A stretch of DNA of 64,000 nucleotides from IMG/VR virus record IMGVR_UViG_3300008952_000017; one strand, given 5' to 3'. Positions within the stretch are counted from its first letter, which is position 1. Every line of letters begins with the position of its first letter. Made by a program: the position numbers and the translations under genes. Origin of the DNA: an uncultured virus (IMG/VR IMGVR_UViG_3300008952_000017) (taxonomy: Duplodnaviria > Heunggongvirae > Uroviricota > Caudoviricetes). Positions 58,576 through 64,000 of the stretch are shown piece by piece. Under the pieces are notes generated by a model that did no database searches, was not told the origin of the DNA, and worked only from the letters and a program-made list of their open reading frames with translations.

Positions 58576-59254
58576 CCACTATCTCCTCCTCTTCCTCCTC
58601 TAATAGTTTGGAGCGGATACGCTTCCAAACTTCAGGAGACTCCTTAGCGAGTTCTACTTTGAGGATATTGACTGTGTCTGCTTGGATATTCTGACTAATC
58701 TCACCCACGCTATCTTGCTGGAACTTAACCATGGTGGTGAGGGTATCACGAACTTCCTTGTGTAGGCTAACGATATTCTTAACATACGCAGGGTCATTCC
58801 TATCTGCGTCCTCCAAGAAAAGGTCTAACTCACCATTGAGACGTTCAAGATTCCCTCTCATGACATCAATTTCCTTACCAGTTTGAATTGAGATGAGATT
58901 AGCCGCACTCTTCTGTACGAGAGGTTTCAAGTGATGCTTCAAGTGATGGTAGATAGTAGACTCACTGCATTGGATAATATCGGCTATTGTCTCACTGGTC
59001 ATACCGCCAGTGAAATAGGCTTGTTCAACTTCAGCACGCTCAGGGTGAGTACACACTATACAGTCACTATTCGAGCCCATGTGGAACTCTCCCATGTGAT
59101 TGCGGAAGTGGCGGTCTGTTGTACCCTCACGCCACCCTAAATCTTTGTCTAGTTGCTTGGGTATGACGCTCCCCGAAAGTAATCCTTCCTCTAAATCATC
59201 CCTATCCCCGTGCTGGCAGAAAGCACAAGATTGACGTGTAACGCGCCCGCTCAC
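58568..59254 (-). CDS. Tandem Zn-HTH protein with coiled coil, putative terminase small subunit
   Basis: Two CxxCxH...HTH...HxxxH units (CAFCQH...RHFRNH and CIVCTH...HHLKHH) followed by helices. First gene of the operon leading to terL. Confidence 0.55.
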   Translation of the reverse strand: MSGRVTRQSCAFCQHGDRDDLEEGLLSGSVIPKQLDKDLGWREGTTDRHFRNHMGEFHMGSNSDCIVCTHPERAEVEQAYFTGGMTSETIADIIQCSESTIYHHLKHHLKPLVQKSAANLISIQTGKEIDVMRGNLERLNGELDLFLEDADRNDPAYVKNIVSLHKEVRDTLTTMVKFQQDSVGEISQNIQADTVNILKVELAKESPEVWKRIRSKLLEEEEEEIVDA

Positions 59255-59259
59255 GTATT

Positions 59260-59589
59260 ATGAGGAGGGGCATACACTCTAAGCCCTTTCGTTTGGGGCG
59301 GGCGAAAAAAGTCATGGGTGTACCCATCACGAGAGACACCGCAAATGGCATAAACAAGGCAATACAAGACGTTCTCACCATGAGCCATGTGACAAAAGAG
59401 GAACAAGTAAGGAGATTAACCACCTGTGAGACTTGTGAGCACAAGAGGGGGGCGAGATGCAACCTCTGTGGTTGCTTCATCAACTACAAATCTAAACTCA
59501 AAAACAGTGAGTGTCCATTAGGAAAGTGGTCAACCGTTCTCAGCGAGACGGCGATAGACAGTTCCAGTGACGAGGGTGGCACTGAATAA
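59260..59589 (+). CDS. Cys-rich protein (DUF6171-like; true start may be ATG about 59314)
   Basis: RRLTTCETCEH....CNLCGCF...K......CPLGKW is a recurring viral Cys motif. The only credible plus-strand gene in the window. Confidence 0.7.
   Translation: MRRGIHSKPFRLGRAKKVMGVPITRDTANGINKAIQDVLTMSHVTKEEQVRRLTTCETCEHKRGARCNLCGCFINYKSKLKNSECPLGKWSTVLSETAIDSSSDEGGTE
59277..59291 (-). promoter_or_regulatory. Possible archaeal BRE/TATA (CGAAAGGGCTTAGAG) for the packaging operon
   Basis: TTAGAG at about -28 to -23 from GTG 59254 with a purine-rich BRE-like element upstream and no SD. The TATA is imperfect. Confidence 0.35.
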
Positions 59590-59775
59590 GAATGCCATCG
59601 AATACATGAGTTCGTTTTGGTCCATATCATAAGCAGCGAAGGCGATAAGCAGGAAAGCGCCTAAAGCGAGACTTATCACCTGCACCATTATCATGTCCAC
59701 TAAGGAGGATTTCTTGATTTGAGTCATATCATACATTCCGAACATTGCACTGTTAATCATATCACTTGGTGGCAT
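59530..59775 (-). CDS. Small two-TM membrane protein
   Basis: 81 aa with two hydrophobic stretches and a basic C-terminus (YRR). Last gene of the GTPase operon. Confidence 0.7.
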   Translation of the reverse strand: MPPSDMINSAMFGMYDMTQIKKSSLVDMIMVQVISLALGAFLLIAFAAYDMDQNELMYSMAFLFSATLVTGTVYRRLAENG

Positions 59776-59779
59776 TATA

Positions 59780-60409
59780 TCACGTCCTTATTCCCAAAGC
59801 GCCTCTGAAGAGACTACCAAACCCAGTACCCACGCTCTCCATCATTCCTGGATTGGCCATTGCTGCACTGAGTGCACCCGACATTAGGTTCTGTTGAACT
59901 GTGTTTAGAATTGCTTGTTGTTGCTGCATTGCTTGGTCTCTAGTCATAGTTGCAGCATTCTTGAGACTATTAGACTCCATTGTGACACTATCTGCTGTGG
60001 GGGCATTCTCAAAATTACTGAAATCAAATGCTAAATTGCCGTCCTCAGTCTCTGCTATAGCGACATTCTTGAGAACATCAACAGTTGCAAGAGCACTGAC
60101 TTTGTAAAGTAAAGATACTAACATCTCCATATTTGGGCCAGCAAGCCATCTATCTACTGGCACGCTCGTCTGTATGAGAGCAGCCATCACTTCCAAATCG
60201 CTAGGTGGTGCTAACTCAGTAGCAGGATTCAAACCCATCGCTCCCATCATACCTGCCCCCAATTGTTGATAGGGGTCACCATAGCCAGCATGCCCGAAAG
60301 TATTTTGAGCGTATCCATTGACTGCGGGGAGCATCTGCTGATTGTTGGGTAAACCCAAAGACAGCGCCCCTGTTTGTGGTTGAGGTGCACTATTAAATCC
60401 GAGTGTCAC
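59780..60409 (-). CDS. Hypothetical protein, Q/G/M-rich, with C-terminal amphipathic helix
   Basis: 209 aa coupled to neighbours, ends in VGTGFGSLFRGALG. Confidence 0.7.
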   Translation of the reverse strand: MTLGFNSAPQPQTGALSLGLPNNQQMLPAVNGYAQNTFGHAGYGDPYQQLGAGMMGAMGLNPATELAPPSDLEVMAALIQTSVPVDRWLAGPNMEMLVSLLYKVSALATVDVLKNVAIAETEDGNLAFDFSNFENAPTADSVTMESNSLKNAATMTRDQAMQQQQAILNTVQQNLMSGALSAAMANPGMMESVGTGFGSLFRGALGIRT

Positions 60410-61389
60410 TCTACCACCTCCTCCAATACCTGTTCTAAAGGCGGAGGGGCCGTTTGGCTTAACAGTTCCGAGAGACCCATAGTTGCGGATGGGGTTGGCA
60501 AATCCATATTTATTGGCGGGGCACTGATTCTCGCATCTGTAATCATTCGAGCATTACCACCCGTTTGGAACTGTCTCATATCAAATATCACTATTGTTTG
60601 CTCATTCTCACCCAGTGCATTCTTCAAACGAACTACTGGGATATTGTCCTTCTTTAGCATCTCGAAGAAGGGCTGGTAAACAGAGAGTAGAGGTGGTGTA
60701 TTATCCCTACCAGCCAATCCGGCCACAGGAACAGTAACCATGGACACCCCTTTGTTCAACCTACTCTTGAGACTACTAGTACTACCCCCTTCCTCTTCTT
60801 GTTCCGCTCTCTCCCACTTAGTTAGAAGATGATAAAGATGAAGATGCTCAGGACAATAAGTGGCTCTTAGAATACGACCACCAGTTACTCTCTCACGTGC
60901 TTGAAAGGCTTGAGGGTTACCTGTGACTGGGTCCTTGAAATACAACTCCCACAAGGATTTGCCACTTTCCTCATCCTTAATCATCTCATACACATTGCCG
61001 GCTGCTTGAATTAACTCATCCACATCGCACCCCTCAATACAACAGCGGGTGGCATCTCCCACAAACTGATACTTACCACCGAACCAATACCTTCGTGGTG
61101 AGAATATGCTTCTCCTAGTAGGACTCAGTAATTTGTAGGCTTGACGAATATCGGACCTTCTAGCCTTCTTGGGATTCCCATGGTTAGACGGATAGAAATT
61201 AACCTTAGGTATCTCGATGCTTCGTTGCAAAGCAGCGTCTTGCATGTAGGTCTGCGCTTGAGCGAGACTTTGCAACTGCGCTAAAGGCACCTGTGAGTTC
61301 GCTGCTAGATGCCTCATTTCTTGACTTGTCTGAGTAGACAAGGGCTGTGCTTGCGTTTGTACAAAGGGGTTCACCTGATTCATTACCAT
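60406..61389 (-). CDS. Hypothetical protein with split Zn-binding motif
   Basis: 327 aa starting 4 nt after the GTPase stop. CCIEGC ... YCPEH motifs and a Q-rich N-terminus. Confidence 0.7.
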   Translation of the reverse strand: MVMNQVNPFVQTQAQPLSTQTSQEMRHLAANSQVPLAQLQSLAQAQTYMQDAALQRSIEIPKVNFYPSNHGNPKKARRSDIRQAYKLLSPTRRSIFSPRRYWFGGKYQFVGDATRCCIEGCDVDELIQAAGNVYEMIKDEESGKSLWELYFKDPVTGNPQAFQARERVTGGRILRATYCPEHLHLYHLLTKWERAEQEEEGGSTSSLKSRLNKGVSMVTVPVAGLAGRDNTPPLLSVYQPFFEMLKKDNIPVVRLKNALGENEQTIVIFDMRQFQTGGNARMITDARISAPPINMDLPTPSATMGLSELLSQTAPPPLEQVLEEVVE

Positions 61390-61393
61390 TATA

Positions 61394-62113
61394 TCACCAA
61401 CTGAGCATCTCCAGTAAGGTCTGCTCGACGTTCCAGCCTATCTTCGTAGCCATCATGTTGACTCGGCAGGGGATGCCTGCTTTTTGGAGTTTCACCATAG
61501 AAGGTCGATAAGGGTCGAATATATCGTGTTCCCGCAATCTCTTCGACTGCCAAAGTATGTTGGCCTTGTTGTCCCACCAAAGGTCTGCCTTGTTGGCTAT
61601 AACCCACACTTGTGAGGGAGCATAATTCCGGCCTTTCCACCATGTCTTAAAACTCCTATATCTCCATTTCCTGTCGATTAAGGAATCGACGAGAAAGTCC
61701 AAACCGCCCACTGCGTCGATTATATCGCCGTTGCTCCCAGCCTTCCCTCTGTGGTCCACCATGAACACGACTATCTCTACCTGTCTTTCGACCATGTCGT
61801 CTATCCAAAGATTCCAAAATCTCTGCTCTCCGCCTATGTCCGCTGAATGAACTACCCTCTTTTCCCCGTGCCATCTCACTCGCTTCCTTGTGGCCTTGGG
61901 GAGTACGTGACCCCCTCCTATCAATCGAGCATCGTGAACGGTCCTCTCTTCCACGTCTGCCATCTCGCCTGGCGTTGTCATGAACTGGTCTAGAGTAGTC
62001 TTCCCAACCATCGTGGGGCCGTATATACCAATCCTTCTCGGTTTTAGGAAGTTGTATAATTCCTTGCCATACACTACAGCCCCCATTAGGATTGAGCCAC
62101 TTAATCCTACCAT
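61394..62113 (-). CDS. Arf/Arl-like small GTPase
   Basis: G1 GPTMVGKTT, G2 ERT, G3 DIGGEQRFWNLW, VVFMVD, G4 ANKAD, G5 MATKIG.NV, N-terminal hydrophobic/amphipathic helix. Confidence 0.85.
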   Translation of the reverse strand: MVGLSGSILMGAVVYGKELYNFLKPRRIGIYGPTMVGKTTLDQFMTTPGEMADVEERTVHDARLIGGGHVLPKATRKRVRWHGEKRVVHSADIGGEQRFWNLWIDDMVERQVEIVVFMVDHRGKAGSNGDIIDAVGGLDFLVDSLIDRKWRYRSFKTWWKGRNYAPSQVWVIANKADLWWDNKANILWQSKRLREHDIFDPYRPSMVKLQKAGIPCRVNMMATKIGWNVEQTLLEMLSW

Positions 62114-62121
62114 TCACACCA

Positions 62122-62376
62122 TCACCCTCTTATGGAATCTATCCTTGCTTGACACCAGTCAATGAACCAATCCACCGTCCTGTCCCAAACACTCACCTCA
62201 AATTCCATCTCAACCCAAGATGTGATGAATACAGCAGCGCCAGTAAATAGTAAGGTGCGGGCCCAACCCCAACCACGTTCGTAGTAGTTATCTAGAGTAT
62301 TCTGCCAATGCAAAGCCTTCAATGTCGCTTCAGTTGCATCGTCACTTGGAGTATGAAATAGCCACCCCATAGTCAA
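62122..62376 (-). CDS. Small Trp-rich single-TM membrane protein
   Basis: 84 aa with hydrophobic segment TLLFTGAAVFITSWV and an amphipathic C-terminal helix. Confidence 0.7.
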   Translation of the reverse strand: MTMGWLFHTPSDDATEATLKALHWQNTLDNYYERGWGWARTLLFTGAAVFITSWVEMEFEVSVWDRTVDWFIDWCQARIDSIRG

Positions 62377-62963
62377 CCCTTCTTGGCGAACTTACCGGTC
62401 TTGTCACGAGCATCGTGCTTATTACTCTGACTCACCGCCGTCGTTACACCTAAGTCAATACCGCCACCGGTTTGAGCCCCATGGCTAGGGGGTGAGTTTG
62501 ATAGGTCCATGCCCTGCACCAAATAATCAGCGGCTCCATGAATGTCTCCCTGTAACAACTCACTCTCCTTCTGATATTCCAACAATTGGAGTTGTCTCAT
62601 GAATTGGGCCTCTTGGAGTCTCATCTCTACCTCCATTTGTTTGTTAGCCATCTGTTGTTGCATTCCCTGCATGCGCCGTGACCTCTCCCTATCCATGCGA
62701 GCGAATGAAGCCTTGTGGTCTAAAGATTGCTGCATGAGTAATTTGTAGAGGACGAAAGACATCCCCTGTAAAGTAAAAGCGGCCATTGCGTAAGTGAAAG
62801 CATTAGTTTGCACATCACCTGCGGACTTCAACCAAAGACCGGCATCAAATACGGCAATAGTCGCCCCCACTAGTATTGAAACAAAGGTAATGAGGCCTAA
62901 GACTCTAATCTCATCGGCGTTTGTATCACTCGGCTGCATAGGGGGCATGTTAGACATAGACAT
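62373..62963 (-). CDS. Two-TM membrane protein with Gln-rich coiled coil
   Basis: 196 aa with two hydrophobic helices then RMDRERSRRMQGMQQQM... coiled coil. First gene after the AT-rich gap. Confidence 0.75.
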   Translation of the reverse strand: MSMSNMPPMQPSDTNADEIRVLGLITFVSILVGATIAVFDAGLWLKSAGDVQTNAFTYAMAAFTLQGMSFVLYKLLMQQSLDHKASFARMDRERSRRMQGMQQQMANKQMEVEMRLQEAQFMRQLQLLEYQKESELLQGDIHGAADYLVQGMDLSNSPPSHGAQTGGGIDLGVTTAVSQSNKHDARDKTGKFAKKG

Positions 62964-63097
62964 GTTATCTTCCTAAGCATCGCACGTATACCATACACAT
63001 ATACCTACTGCTCTCAGACTGACCGTGTTCTTGATTTTCTTCTCTTTTTCTTTATTGAGAACTAAAGTAATTATTGTTAGTGAATAGAATAAGAATA
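62964..63097. promoter_or_regulatory. AT-rich intergenic region, likely promoter/terminator zone for the GTPase operon
   Basis: Largest non-coding gap in the window. T-tracts on the plus strand and TATATG about 40 nt upstream of ATG 62963 on the minus strand. Confidence 0.45.
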
Positions 63098-64000
63098 TCA
63101 AGAATCATCAGCAGTTGGGTCCTCACCTAGTACGTTTGCGAGAAGATTACCGCCCTCGGGTATAGGTGACGGTTTAGGTGCTGACATGAATGCCGATAGA
63201 CTGTCTTCATCTATTGAGGCTTCCTGGGCTGCACCATGATAGTGATGGTCACGTTGCCATGATGACAACTTGCTACGCGCATCTTCCGCATGCTGGTCAC
63301 GGAGAGTGTGATAGAGGTCGGGTCTTATACCACAAGTTTGTCTTACTTGTGCATTAGGATTATCAGGGTGGGGCCAGTGAGTGATATCATTGCTGTCATC
63401 CCCTTCTGTAAATCTAGGCAATAGTGGTATTCTCACGTGAAGATGCCCCGACTGTAACCCACTCAACATATCCTGTGCAAATTGCTCACCGATAGTGGTA
63501 TTCTTATCAGGGTGATTGGCAGTTTGTGGAGGGATACCATTGACAGTCAAATCTCGGTCCGTCAACAACCCCTGCTTACCATAATTATCTCCCCCAGGCG
63601 TCTCAATCTCATGATTCCTGGCTGCTGATAGTCTACGCACATAGTCATGTAAAGACCTAATATGCATGTTAGTGACTTTCTCAGGGTCTTCCCAATGGGT
63701 GGTTAATTCGACTATATACTTGGCGCTTTTTCTCATCTCTTCACTGTGTTGCTCAGGATTCGCATTTATCTTCCTAGCCAAGTGTGCCACCCGCCTTCCC
63801 TTTGTAGATAGAGTCCATTTCGACTCCCCATCCACCAGCCTAAGGCCACCCAACTCCCCTGCATCATCAAGACTCGGGTCTAATCTCAACATGGAGTTTT
63901 GGAACCTTTCCCATTGGTGTGTGACTTCAGACTTCTCCTTTAACGCCTTGTTAATATCTCTGATAACATAGGCTACTTGGGATGCAGTGGTAAGGGAGGC
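63098..64000 (-). CDS. Hypothetical protein, N-terminus beyond the window
   Basis: The frame stays open upstream of ATG 63892 to the window end (ASLTTASQVAYVIRDINKALKEK...). Confidence 0.7.
   Translation of the reverse strand, partial: ASLTTASQVAYVIRDINKALKEKSEVTHQWERFQNSMLRLDPSLDDAGELGGLRLVDGESKWTLSTKGRRVAHLARKINANPEQHSEEMRKSAKYIVELTTHWEDPEKVTNMHIRSLHDYVRRLSAARNHEIETPGGDNYGKQGLLTDRDLTVNGIPPQTANHPDKNTTIGEQFAQDMLSGLQSGHLHVRIPLLPRFTEGDDSNDITHWPHPDNPNAQVRQTCGIRPDLYHTLRDQHAEDARSKLSSWQRDHHYHGAAQEASIDEDSLSAFMSAPKPSPIPEGGNLLANVLGEDPTADDS

Noticed and set aside
59202..59483. Minus-strand 93-aa ORF bridging the two operons
   Set aside because: It is antisense to the Cys-motif plus-strand gene, which has the recognisable pattern.
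59530..59775. Calling the small 2-TM protein a holin
   Set aside because: Size and topology fit, but there is no family motif or adjacent lysin, so it is kept as part of the GTPase operon hypothesis.
61656..62117. 153-aa alternate-frame ORF over the GTPase (also 61389-61643)
   Set aside because: Arg-rich frame-shadow composition. The GTPase frame carries all conserved motifs.
62964..63097. Replication origin or RNA gene in the AT-rich gap
   Set aside because: No iterons, cloverleaf or stable stem visible. No tRNA or rRNA was recognised anywhere in the window.

Overview
A 64-kb segment of a large tailed dsDNA virus (Caudoviricetes) genome, almost entirely coded on the minus strand with very short intergenic gaps. 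It carries a virion morphogenesis module: putative terminase small subunit, terminase large subunit, LAGLIDADG-domain protein, portal, HK97-type prohead protease/scaffold, major capsid protein, head-tail adaptor, tail terminator, tail tube, tail chaperone with a -1 frameshift, tape measure, Dit-like and hub-like proteins, a 5549-aa LamG-containing protein and a >2657-aa repetitive tail fibre. No sheath is seen, so the tail looks siphovirus-like. GGAGGTGA/GGTGA ribosome-binding sites and TATA boxes 25-30 nt before apparently leaderless starts point to an archaeal host. The layout recalls Marine Group II/Poseidoniales 'magroviruses' (inference, not searched). The most striking element is a six-gene operon (59.5-63 kb) built around an Arf-like small GTPase flanked by membrane proteins. 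Also notable: a 2346-aa head-region protein ending in a degenerate ATP-dependent ligase domain, a shared W/hydrophobic-x-x-L-K peptide on likely capsid-packaged proteins, a nested repeat stalk in the giant protein, apparent absence of GATC and AGCT, and phased CCG/CCGG patches inside genes. All calls are from reading by eye, without database searches.
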